A stretch of DNA of 64,000 nucleotides from Eledone cirrhosa (lineage: Eukaryota): the NCBI GenBank assembly GCA_964016885.1, contig OZ024741.1, positions 382,664,001-382,728,000 on the forward strand, read 5' to 3'. Positions within the stretch are counted from its first letter, which is position 1, and each line of letters opens with the position of its first letter. A program made the position numbers and the translations under genes. Positions 52,201-64,000 of the stretch are shown in pieces. The notes beneath the pieces were generated by a model. The model saw nothing but the letters and a program-made list of their open reading frames with translations, searched no databases and was not told the DNA's origin.

Positions 52201-55126
52201 TATGAAGCCTATCTAAGTCAACCAGAGATCGTGAATTTGTGCTCCGTGTATCTGACTATTTTTAATTGTGGACAGCCTATGCTAAACCTATCTATTTCCC
52301 TACAAAATACTCTATCTGGATATGATGTGGATGTCCCGATGCGATTTGTCCAAATCCACATTGGCACATTAGGGAAATCCAATCGGTACCTGTCAGACAG
52401 TTCAAAACGCCTGAGCAGGTTGGTGAGGCTCTTGCACCCTCCTCCCCTATCCGCTAATCCCACATAGTCCCAGCGTGCATCTAAGATCCCGTTCCAGTCG
52501 CCCACTAACACTAAAGAGCGGGACGTTCCAAGAAGGGTCTCCTGACGCCGGAAGAAATCAGGCCGCCCTGCTCCTGTCGGGGCATAGACGGCCACTAGCC
52601 TGAGAGCTTGCCCGTCTCCGCTGGTCACGACCAGCACCACCAACTTACCTTCTGGGTCTAGGAAGATGGCCCGTATGGCGAGATACAAATCTCTCCGAAA
52701 AAGCACAGCAACTCCTCCCCCCTCTGATCCAGGACGGCTGGGAGATGCGTACACATTGTAGTCGCCGAAAATCGGTGCGAAGGCCCGTGCCTCGGAGATT
52801 CTGGTCTCGCTGATGTCCACTACATCTATGTTTAGTGAGCTGAGATCGTGAGCAGGTGGTCCTGCTTCTATGACGACCCCAACCCACGCGCATTTATGCT
52901 GCCGATTCTGAGTGAGGTCATGTTGAAAAGGAGTAGAATAGATGGGAAAGACCACTTACCTTACTTCTCGTAGAGGAAGGATTGTTTCGCAATCCTTATC
53001 ACTGCTTGTGGCCTCCTCCGGAAGGATGTCCTTATAAATCCTCCTGGAGAGTGCTTGTCGGAATTCTCCGATGTCTTTGGGGAATTTTTGTTTTAGTGTC
53101 ATGTACGTTTTCTGCGTGAGGCGAGTGATTTCTATGTGTGGAGGTTGTGTGAACTTTGGGGGTGTTGTGTAGTCTTTTTCTGTGATTCTGGTGTTGTGTT
53201 GGATATAGTGTTATAAGTGGTTGTTGTACAAATTTAATTATGTGTAGTCTGTATCGTTTTGGTTGTTTTGTTTTGTTTGTGTTTGTTGTGGGTTTGTTTC
53301 TGTTTCGCTTTTTGGTGACTTTTGTGGTGTTGGTGATGGTAGTGGTGGGGTTAATGATGGTTATGGTGTTGGCGTTTGTGGTGATGTGGTTGTTGATGCT
53401 GGTGTGGATGCTGGCATAGCTGTCCTAACCATTTTGTTTGATATTTATTTGTTTCTCTCTGTATTTTGTTTTTGGAGGGGAAAGGAAAATAATTTTTTTC
53501 TTTTTTGGTTTCTTTTTTTCTCTTTTCTTGATACCGTTTTCCACTCCTCGTCGTCACAATCTGTCTCCAGTTGCGATAAGCCGGGGAGTGGAAAATCCTC
53601 CACAGGCGGTGGTTTTGGTTGAGGCGTGGTGGATGGTGTAGGCGCTGGTGCTAGATCTGGCGTGTTGGGTGGTGGTGGTATTGGTTTTGCTACTGTTGCT
53701 GGGGTTGTTGCTGTTACAGTTGCTTCTATTTTTGCTGCTACAGTTGTTGCTGCCATTTCTGCAGCTGGTGGTGTTGATGGTTGAGTCACTGGGGTGGGTA
53801 AGCGAGGTGGCCTCAACCTTTTAGCCTGAGGGCAGAAAGCCCCTAGGTGGTTTCCTTCACCACAAACGACACACCTAGGCCTTCAGCCCTCGACGATTAC
53901 GGTGAGGTGGCTGCCGTTAGTGAGGTCTATTACCTCTCGGATCTTCTCAATGCTTTTTTGGTCCGCTTGGATCAGGAGCTCCATCCCAGATCCGGAAGAG
54001 TTCTTCTGCTTTTCTTTCGCTATTTCGATTATCTTGGTCTTGGCCTCGATGCCGGCGAGGACGTCAGCCATTAGCCAGGGAATTTCGATGGCCGGTGGAA
54101 CATGTGTCTACCTGATCTTCACAAGTCTCTGGCCACAATAGCTTGGGACGAGTGTGAAGTCGTCACTTCTTAATGGGGCCATGGAGTGTTCTCTGGCCTC
54201 CTGTGGTGTTTCAAAGAATACGTCCAAGGTTCTATATTTCTGCCCACGTCTGACGTGGGGTTTATTTGTCCACACATGTCCCAAAGCTTTTGGGATTTGG
54301 GACTCGGATGCCCGTTCCACTCGGCGCGATTTTATGTTAATTGTCCGATAAGACACGGTGCATAGGCGCCGATGCTCCATTTTATTATGTGTGTGTGCGG
54401 GGGGGGGGGTACCCTGTACCCATCTTTCTTTATCATTCTCTTGGCTTCATTTAATACTTCCTGAGTTACCTCGATTTTTTTCGCATTTCTTGGCTGCTTT
54501 GGCAAACGACACATTTGCGGTGGTGTTGATGTTTTTGTTGTTATTCTCATTGTTATTGTTGCTGTTGTTGTTATTGTTACTTTTAGTTTCAGTTGTGGGG
54601 GTGGTGGCTTCAGTGTTGTTCAGTGTGGAAGAGTCGATTCTGGGTGAATCCTTTTCGATGTCACGAGATAATAATTTATTATTTTCTTTTGTTTCTGTTG
54701 TCGCTGTGGTGATGGTGGGGGTGGCGGCTTTAACACCTGCAGTTTTTTGGTAATGGCGGGAAATGAATGTCTGCATGAGACGAATTTAAATTATTGCTAC
54801 TGCTTATATTTTTAGTGTTGGCAAACGTAGTAATATTTACAAAGGTGGTGTTGGTGTGAGGTGTTAGTTTGTGAGGAAGGCTGTCAGCTTGGAGTAGCTG
54901 TGAGTCGTCCATGATTTTTTTTTAAATAAATTTTTTGTTTGATAATTATAAAAGTTTAAATTTTGGGCTCAAGGCCCCAATCTTTATGAGTGTCCTTTTC
55001 CAAAAGCAATATGTGTGAACTTATAAAAACTTAACAACAAACATTTTCCATAAATGCAATTTGAAACAACTGAAAACAACAAACCTTTGCGGAGCTCACG
55101 ATAATACGATTTCCTACGTAGGTCGC
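49294..55126 (-). mobile_element. Full-length degenerate Tx1-like LINE, same family as 34254-40125 in inverted orientation
   Basis: Shared 5' and 3' termini; ORF1 from 54912, ORF2 from ~52922 with APE, RT (YADD in 50713..51582) and ZnF; many frameshifts. Confidence 0.95.
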
Positions 55127-55230
55127 ACATAATAATTATAATAATAATGCTTTCTTTATTTATTTATTTATTATTTATTTATTTATTATCTTTTTTTTTT
55201 TTTTTTTTTGTTATAATAATAATGATAATG

Positions 55231-56428
55231 ATTTCATTTATTGGCCACAAGGGCCGACTTGTAGGGGACAATACAACGACAGCGACAGTTGGCGTTTAAA
55301 TAAGGTCGAGTAAAAGTGCACTATGGCAAGACTAATTTAACAATGTCGATATACAAAATATAAAATAATCTATGCATAAATATAACAAAATAAATTCCCC
55401 GATAGGGGGTGGGCGACACTGGGGTGACTCAGGAACCCGACCCATCCTGAACCACCCTGCGCTTCTAGGGCACCCAGGGAGAGCACCACTCTCCTCAAGT
55501 TAGCTAGCATATAGGCGCATGGTCAGAGTATGCCCATTCACACGGACCATTCTCGCCACATTCATCCACATTTTAGCAAATGTACTGGGAGCAGCACTTC
55601 TCTCTCCAACCTCACCTTCCTTTCCAGGTGAAACTTGAAGAAGTTGATGAGGAATTGGCCGAAGAGAAAAGTGTCTGTCTTCAGTTCTGTTAATCTGGTC
55701 CACCATATAACCGCTTTCGCCACGGCCACCAGACAGAGGAACATTTCCTGCTCTTTCTGACCTAAGGAAGGTGGCGGGTCGATCTTCACTATGGACTCGG
55801 CCGATAGCCGGATTCGTTCCCCACGCGACAGTAGCTGTTCGACATAACTCCAAAAGTCAATAATGCACGGACATTGGAGAAGTGCGTGCAGAACGGTTTC
55901 GTCGTTCTGTGCGCATCTCGGGTAGGTCCGCCTGACAGCACTTCCGTGCCTGTAGAGTTTATTACGAACCAGCAGTGCTCCCCGGTAGCACTGCCAAGCG
56001 AGGGATTTATGGAAATTGTCAATCGTCTCCGGCTCGAAAGTCCTCCGGTACAGACTGGTCAGTTTGACTTCGTCGAGGCCCAAATCTTCTCCGAGTGCGT
56101 CATCGCACTGCCCACCACTAATCCTCTATAGAAGTCGAGAGTGGAAGTTCCACTGATCGCCTTGCTCGCTTGGTAGAGGGCAGTGAGTGCCTGGCAACAT
56201 TCCAGGTGTCAGTCACCCAGTCTTGGTCTCTTCTTGACCCAGGACTGCAGCTCAGTCAAAAAAACAAGCTGCAGAAAGGCCCGTCTGATAAACGGCGACC
56301 ACACCTGTTCACCGTTTAGGCAGAATATCAGGAGATGTCGCAGCCTCAACGCATGTCTGCGCATCATTAGCCACGGCATGCCCAGCCCTCTGCGTAGAGG
56401 GTGCTGGCAGCAGATGGACCGCCTCACA
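55231..56428 (-). mobile_element. 5'-truncated Tx1-like LINE, third subfamily
   Basis: RRSICCQHPLRRGLGMPWL..SLAWQCYRGAL..INFFKFHLERKVR; 3' tail GGCCCTTGTGGCCAATAAATGAAATC then ATT repeats in sense. Confidence 0.88.
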
Positions 56429-56477
56429 AACAGAACTTATTATAATAATAATAAAAATAATAATAATAATAAATAAT

Positions 56478-56692
56478 GGTTTCTTATATAGGCACAAGGC
56501 CAGCAATTTTTTTATGGGGGGAAGTCGATTAAATCGACCCAGTGCGTGACTGGTACTTTATTTTATCGACCCCGTAAGGATGAAAGGCAAAGTTACCCTC
56601 GGCGGGATTTGAAATCAGAATGGCAAGGGCCGTAACTCTATGCGTCAAAGCATTGCGTCCGACCTTCTACCGATACTGCCAATCCACCGCCC
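56478..56692 (-). mobile_element. Full-length tRNA-derived Nin/Deu-domain SINE
   Basis: Reverse complement aligns with 21177-21371, with a longer GGGTCGATTTAATCGAC segment; flanked by AAT-rich tracts. Confidence 0.87.
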
Positions 56693-56729
56693 TTTAATAA
56701 TATTAATAATAATAAATAATGATAATAAA

Positions 56730-59390
56730 TATCAGTCATTGAAATCGAAGAATTAAAACAACAAATTCATAATGAAAATTCAAATAATGATAACATAATA
56801 ATTAACAAACGTAAACAAAACGAAAATTTAAAACGTGATGTAAAAGCTGCCGCACCCCAAATAGATAAACTAAACAACAAAACAAAGCAAGCCCCAACCA
56901 TAAAAGTCACACAGAATACTAACCAACAAAAACCGATTCCAGACAACACTACCACAAATACAAATAAAAAGAAAGATGAAGAAAAAGATAGAGAGAATAT
57001 AACCCCTAATTAGGAAATTCAAGATTACAAAATGATGAAGAAGGAAATACTTCAAGTATTCCAAACAAGAGACGAATCCCCGATTGACCAAAGAGTAAAT
57101 CTCCCAAAGATAAAATTAATAATAAAGTAGCAACCGTTATAAGACGCCAACCTAGACATCACAGACTCAATATATATGAAAAAAAAACACTAATATCACA
57201 GATTTAACAATATAATATATGCAGCAGCCACTGTTGTTAGAAAAGAAAGTGGATACCCTCCTAGAGCTGTAGAAGCCAGAAAAAACACACACAAAGGTGG
57301 AAATGAAAGATACAAAAAGAGTGAAAATATAAAAGAAAAGCCCTCTCAATCTTAAATGAAATAGGAAAAAACAATAAAACTAGGAACAGGCAAAAAAATA
57401 GAAAACACTAAAATATATAACATAACAGAAAGGAAAATCCCCAACACCAAGAACAACCTCACACAACAAATACCGACAAAGGCACCAAGAAATCGGAGAT
57501 ATGAAAAACGCCAAACGTTTTTTCAACAAAATCAGCTCTTTCACTCCAACCCAAAATGACTTTACCAAGAACTGAATAGAAATAAAATAAAGTTAATGTA
57601 GCCCAAAATTAAACAATACTATCACAGAAAATAACCAAACACCGAGGAAAAACAACCTACTCCCAGGAGATCAGAAAGGATGCCGCAGAGGCTCATATGG
57701 ATGCAAAGACCAGTTATTAATAGATAAAGCCTTAACTGAAAGCTGCAAAAAATTAAAAACAAAAAAAATGTCAGCATAGCTGCAATAGGAAAATTAACCA
57801 TCTCCTATATGATCTAAAGCTGTATGCTACAAATGAAAAACAATTCCAAACACTGCTTCAAACTGTACACGGATTTACAAAAGAAATAGTTATGAAATTT
57901 GGATTAGAAAAATGTGCTAATGCAACTATGAAGAGAGGGAAACTAGTGAAAAGAAATAATATCATGTTAAGAGAAGTAGATCAAACTAAAACATACAAAT
58001 AGATAGGATCAACGAAGTAGATAAGATTCAAAACACAGATGTAAGAAATGATTAGAAAACAATACTATATATGGATTTGGTTAATACTCAAAACTGAACT
58101 AAATGCAAAGAAAAAGGTGATTGGCATCAACAATTTAAGAGTCCCAGTAATGAGCTAGAGAATTAACATTTTGAACTCGACGCTAAAAGAACTAGTTGGA
58201 ATAGATAGAAACATACCAAAAATAATGACCGCATTTAGAATACACCATCCAAAATCAGACGTAGAAATACTACACCTACAAAGAACACGAGGAGAAAGGG
58301 GTCTCATGCAACTACAAATCTCTTATAAAGTAACAACTGTAAGACTACGAAAATACCTAATAAAAACAAAGGAAAGCTAACACAAATAGCCACGAAACAT
58401 GAACAAAACAAAAAAAACTATTATCTGTCTTCAGGGAAGCTAAAAAATCTTAATTAAAAACTGGACTAAAAGTTTATAGTAAGGAAAATGAAAACAAAGA
58501 AAAAATACCAACAGAAATTGAGAAATATATAAAATTCAAATTGAATGCCGTGTTAAAACAATGGCAAGAGAAATCCTTACATGGCCAATACCCTCAAAAT
58601 TAAATAGAAAGAAAACGCATAAAACTGATTCCGAATCACTGGACTAAAAGTTAAGACGGAACGATATCTAACTGCAGCACAAGACCAAAACCTATCAACC
58701 AGAAAATTCTAGAAGTACATAATGAAACAAAACACAATAAGTAACTGCAGAATGCGTGGAGAGAGGGGAGAAACAATAAAAAGACAATCAGTCTCTGGAT
58801 GCGCAGATATAGCCACAAAGGAATATAACTGCAGACATAATAGAGTCGGGGCCCTCATACATTGGAAGTTATACCAACATTATGAAATACCGACAGAAAA
58901 AAAGATGGTACAAAAACTCAACAGAAAAGCTGTCAGAGAATGACGAAGCAACCATTCTCTGGGATATGCCAATACATACACGCAGAGAGATGAAAGCCAA
59001 CTGACAATATATTACAGACAAGGCCATAAAGAAACATAATGCCTTCTAATAGACGTATCAATCCCCGAAGACGAGAATATATCTTCCAACGAAATAAAGA
59101 AACTGTCTAAATATAATGATCTACACATAGAAATAACTCAAATGTTGAAAAAGGAGCAGAAACAACACCTATAATAATAGGTGCTTTGGGAATGATAAAA
59201 ACACACACAGACAAATACATAACCCAAACCCCACGACTTACAAATATATACAGCATACAAAAGATAGCACTGCTAGGCACTGCACATATATTATGAAAAG
59301 TACTATCAACACAATAGAAATAACAACAGCAAAAACTACACTGCTCATACAGAGCTCTTCTCAGTACAGCAATAATGATGCGCGGCAAAA
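56730..59390 (+). mobile_element. Old, degraded R4/Dong-clade LINE
   Basis: [87 protein letters not shown]; AAT tracts at both ends. Confidence 0.85.
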
Positions 59391-59419
59391 ATAATAATGG
59401 AAATAATAATAATGATAAT

Positions 59420-60230
59420 AATCTAATAATATATATGAACTCGTGTTGTTACGGCTGTGTTTATTGCAAAGAACATAGGATTTGTAATCCAACGAATTAG
59501 AAAATAGGGAAGGAACCATGGTTGAAGCGAATAATTAGAGAATCTATTAAGAATTTAAGGAGGCATATTAACATCTTGGAAGTAAAAAGCGAAGGGAAAT
59601 AAACATCGTACAATAGAAAAGAAGTATATGATACAGAAGAAAGTTATAAACGGTATTATTGATGGGTTGAAATACAGGGAGCAAACAGGTCAATCCTTCA
59701 AACTTGAGTAGATATGAACAAATACTACAACAATATAGAATCGATAGAATCTTGCAGTAGGATCAGAGAAGTGTGTACCGAGACATCGATCTTAAAAGTA
59801 CGAATAAAAGGGTGACCCCCAGATGCAGAAGAAAGCAAACGGTTTTGATCAATGAACTGGGATAATAAGGTACAACATATAATAGTAACGCTGAATGGCT
59901 GAAGGAATTGAGGGAAAATACACAAATGGGAAGTGATGTTGAAATAACAACAGAAAGTGTATGCTTTTACTTGAAGGAGCTGACATCTTTGCCAGAGCGA
60001 ATCACAGCTCAAATTAATGGCATGTTAAAGCGCCGTGCAAGGATACCAATATGGACGGCAATGGTATGGACTATACTTTATCGAAAGTACCGTGCTAAAT
60101 GCAATGAACTAGATATATTTAGGCCCATATATTTTTTACCACTAATGTGAAAACATATGACTGGAATAATCTCTGAGACCTTGAGGAGAAGGAAATTCAA
60201 CTGGAAGAGCAAAACGTATGCAGAGAGATA
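59420..60230 (+). mobile_element. Degraded internal fragment of another R4/Dong-like LINE
   Basis: EPWLKR, PDAEESKRF..WDNKVQHN, ERITAQIN, FRPI..LPLM*KHMTGII parallel the region around 32255-33314. Confidence 0.6.
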
Positions 60231-60634
60231 CTTTTGTCAACATATGGTTGACTGCTCTCTAACTTAAATATCGAGGTTTGAAAAGTATTATTAAATTTTA
60301 GTTTTATTGTGTTCATCTTTCACAAATGTGTATTGCTTGTTAAACACCTAATAGTTCAAGGATAGTTTCTATGATGTAAAGTTGTTCAGTTTAGAGGATT
60401 AAGAATATCACACGTGAACTTAGAATGAAGCCTGCGCCACTCATATATTTTCCAAAACACAATCCTTGATATAATTAGCATCATTAATTTAGCCCTTTTC
60501 AATATACCTTGATTACCTTTGACTCAATCCATTGAAGTGAATATGCTTTGATCATAAATCTTTGAAAATCGATAGATATTGTATTTGCGAATCCCAGAGA
60601 GAATATCAATATTACATATTTCACACCTGATCGC

Positions 60635-60725
<91 letters not shown>

Positions 60726-61217
60726 CCGTGTGTATGTGTATGAGAGGTAAACGGTTTCTACCCCTACGCTTAAAACATTATCATATTATGAAGGTGTAAT
60801 CATGACAAATTTAATATCATTGATCATTGAGATGTTAACGATTATCTCTTTATCTATCTATATCTTTATTTCGAAAGAGTAGTTTCAATATATTTGGAAT
60901 TTATTCTATACATCAAGTACCAAGAATTACATACAATCGCTATCCTAAGTTGCCCACATTTGTGCCGGTGTAATTTTTGTATTTATATTCGTTTAACTTC
61001 TTTTAGTTTTAATTATGCAAATTAATCTTGAGCAAGAATGCATTCCCGTCGTTTTCTAAATGTTAGTTTGTCTTACTCTGCGGGTAAAAAGATAAAATTC
61101 TTACGCCGACAATAACAATTTACACGTCTAAAGACCGTTTTATTTTGCTTCGAAGTCAAAGGACTGAATCTCATTTCCATTAAGCATTAGAAATTTATTC
61201 GAAATTCATTTACATTA

Positions 61218-61235
61218 TTTCTTCTTCTTCTTCTT

Positions 61236-61266
<31 letters not shown>

Positions 61267-61317
61267 TTCTTCTTCTTCTTTTCTTCTTTTCTTCTTTTTC
61301 TTCTTCTTCTTCTTCTT

Positions 61318-61346
<29 letters not shown>
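61218..61346. repeat. (CTT)n microsatellite
   Basis: Direct inspection. Confidence 0.95.
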
Positions 61347-61349
<3 letters not shown>

Positions 61350-62311
61350 GTATATAATTTGCGTGCGATTTATGTCATTTTGTAGGCGGCGCATATATAT
61401 ATATAGAAAGAGAGATAATAGATTCATATGTGTATATATATATATATATATGGGGGGGGGGGCTTCAGTGTGTGTGTGTGTTTGGATGTATGTATGTTTG
61501 TAGCTGTGTGTGGGTGTGCGTGTACATGGAATGGAATTAATTTATCAACAAAATAAATCTTCCTTTTAAGAAATATCTAAATTTATATTAGTTTAAAAAG
61601 AATATTTTTCAATTTGATTTAAACTATTATATATTTCGTTGCCTCAATAGCAATAACAAATCAACTTTTCTTCGTATTGAAAGGCAGCTTTTACTTTGTA
61701 GTGACATCCTTCTGAGACACATCATATATGGAATTTGCTCTGAAGTGACAGCTAAACAATGGAATGTGGTTATTAACTGATCTGATCTTAGTGATAAGAG
61801 AAACTGTGATGACAATAGACTTTCGACGTAATATGGAAATGAATTTTATATCGTGATATCATTAAAACCATGAAATAAATCACCTATTAATAACTGCGAA
61901 CGGAAACGTATTTTTGTAACCATCACAGGCATAGATTTTGTATTTGATTAACTACGATCCTGAGAATTTACTTTTTAAATTTATGACTAAATTATGCGGA
62001 TAGAACGATTTAAATTACAATTTACTGAAATATATATCTTACACTCTACATTAATATTATATAGCATAGATGTCAAATAATTTGCAAAATTTATTGGTAA
62101 GTAGTCATGCTCCCGAATAAATTACACAATCTAAAGCGGCAGCCTCAGTGTGATTACTGAATATCTTCTTAGGATCTACAGCCAAACCTCTAAAATATCA
62201 CATCCAAGAAATAGTTTGATCTACTTCATATTGTATACAGAAATATGATGTACTGATTTTCATAAAACTGAAAGAGCGGTTGGTCAGAACTGACAACAGC
62301 ATTAATATATT

Positions 62312-62346
<35 letters not shown>

Positions 62347-62362
62347 TGCTGTCGTCAGTTCT

Positions 62363-62399
<37 letters not shown>

Positions 62400-62521
62400 C
62401 GAAGGAAATGTGGTAAGGAACCAGGTGGACCATAACGCACCAAAGTACTCAATACTTGAGGTAGTAGAGTGGGTAATAGGAACCAGTAAGACCCCGACAG
62501 CTGAGCTCAAGCCGTTTCGAC

Positions 62522-63391
62522 GGTATAGAGATTGTTTTAGCAAGAAGCTAACGGCATTCTATAACATATATGCGACTATAACGTCAAGATGGGAAAAGTA
62601 GTTAACGAAAGATTTAGGAAAAGTAACTCAAACTCATCTCAAAAGAGAATCAGGATATAAATTCATCCACAGAATTTAGTAAAATCCAGGGAAAAATCTA
62701 TAGACCTTTAACTCATGATAAAATAAAGTTTGAAACACTTATCCTTCAATTTGGAATAACATCAAATGCTCCGTATAGTCTTAAAAGACTATTTCATGAA
62801 AACTTTCAGTGGAGATGGTCACGGTTGGAGTTCATTCATCAGCAGAGCTCAACAGAAACCAGGGCTCTCACAGTAATATAATCCGAAAAAGGGAGTTCTA
62901 AAACTGGCTAGTTTGCCTTCATGTGTATTTATGAAAAAGCACATGAGGAAAAAACGGGGCTAGTGACGTCAGGATGGAAGTGAATGTTTATTTACAAGAA
63001 ATAGCAGTCAAATACATTCTGAATAAAAACTCTACAAAAGAGTTCAGCAAAATAGCAATAATTATCACAGTTTTTATGAAAAAAACCGGGATTAGTCACA
63101 GATAGTTTAAGCACTCTAGGAAAAGAATCCGAGTATAAATATAAATGAGAGGTATAGAGATTGTTTTAGCAAGAAGCTAACGGCATTCTATAACATATAT
63201 GCGACTATAACGTCAAGATGGGAAAAGTAGTTAACGAAAGATTTAGGAAAAATAACTCAAACTCATCTCAAAAGAGAATCAGGATATAAATTCATCCACA
63301 GAATTTAGTAAAATCCAGGGAAAAATCTATAGACCTTTAACTCATGATAAAATAAAGTTTGAAACACTTATCCTTCAATTTGGAATAACAT
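62522..63391 (-). mobile_element. Non-coding partial tandem (629-bp period, 241-bp direct repeats) with canonical hammerhead; retrozyme-like or PLE pseudo-LTR
   Basis: 62522-62762 matches 63151-63391 with one mismatch seen; hammerhead between them; lies between (TA)n tracts. Confidence 0.7.
62768..62848 (-). ncRNA. Canonical type I hammerhead ribozyme with fully paired stems
   Basis: Minus: GCTCTG-CTGATGA-ATGAA..30 nt..TTCAT-GAA-ATAGTCT-TTTA-AGACTAT-A-CGGAGC; AUA triplet, predicted cut between 62774 and 62773. Confidence 0.88.
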
Positions 63392-63563
63392 ATCCTTCAA
63401 TTTGGAATAATATATATATATATATTTATGTGTGTGTGTGTGTGTGGTGGTTGTCTACTCTTTGTAGAACTTAGCCGCAACTTGCACCTATATTTGCTAA
63501 TTCTTAGCTTGAGATCTTAATCGACTTTTGATCCCTGAAAGGCGTTTGAAAATCTGACTGTAA

Positions 63564-63607
<44 letters not shown>

Positions 63608-63608
63608 A

Positions 63609-63713
<105 letters not shown>

Positions 63714-64000
63714 CTGTGTGTGTGTTTTGCAATTTTTGGATGTGAAATCGTAAGTTGAAACAGATATTGTTATATTTGGGGAGGGTCATATTGTTATAAT
63801 ATTGCCAGAAATATTAATAGAACACATCACTGTTTGCCTTGGATTAGTTTTTGAATCTGTATATTTTATTTCTCTATAGTTTACTTAGATGGCATTCAAT
63901 GTTTATCATATATATATACACAAGTACCATAACAACAAACACATATAAACACACATTATTGAACAAAGATAGAATACAAAAACAAAAACACATACACTCA

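Noticed and set aside
34254-55126. Giant inverted-repeat composite transposon formed by the two full-length Tx1 copies
   Set aside because: Copies carry independent mutations and their own microsatellite flanks; separate insertions are simpler
22099-56476. Numerous antisense ORFs over the LINEs (e.g. 38358..38867, 40314..40865)
   Set aside because: Shadow frames of RT and endonuclease coding sequence; recurrence reflects copy homology

Overview
AT-rich, microsatellite-rich eukaryotic DNA, probably a mollusc or cephalopod (inferred from the Nin/Deu-domain tRNA SINE and the repeat landscape). No host gene could be supported. The window is almost entirely retroelements. (i) Penelope-like elements (PLEs; RT plus GIY-YIG), mostly Naiad-type with one Neptune-type, including a near-perfect 3.6-kb head-to-tail tandem and several 5'-truncated copies carrying inverted terminal copies. 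(ii) A large cluster of Tx1/L1-clade LINEs (ORF1 zinc knuckle; ORF2 APE-RT-ZnF) interleaved with R4/Dong-clade LINEs (RT plus restriction-like endonuclease), mostly in (ATT)n/(TAA)n tracts but with opposite polarity. (iii) SINEs, a probable Helitron and RTE fragments. The main signal outside the ORF track is a set of hammerhead ribozymes folded by eye: three unrelated PLE families carry type I hammerheads with palindromic stem III and 57-70 nt loop II inserts, and two non-coding partial tandem repeats (437 and 629 bp periods) each carry a hammerhead and resemble retrozymes or non-autonomous PLEs. Most short ORFs in the track are microsatellite or antisense artefacts.
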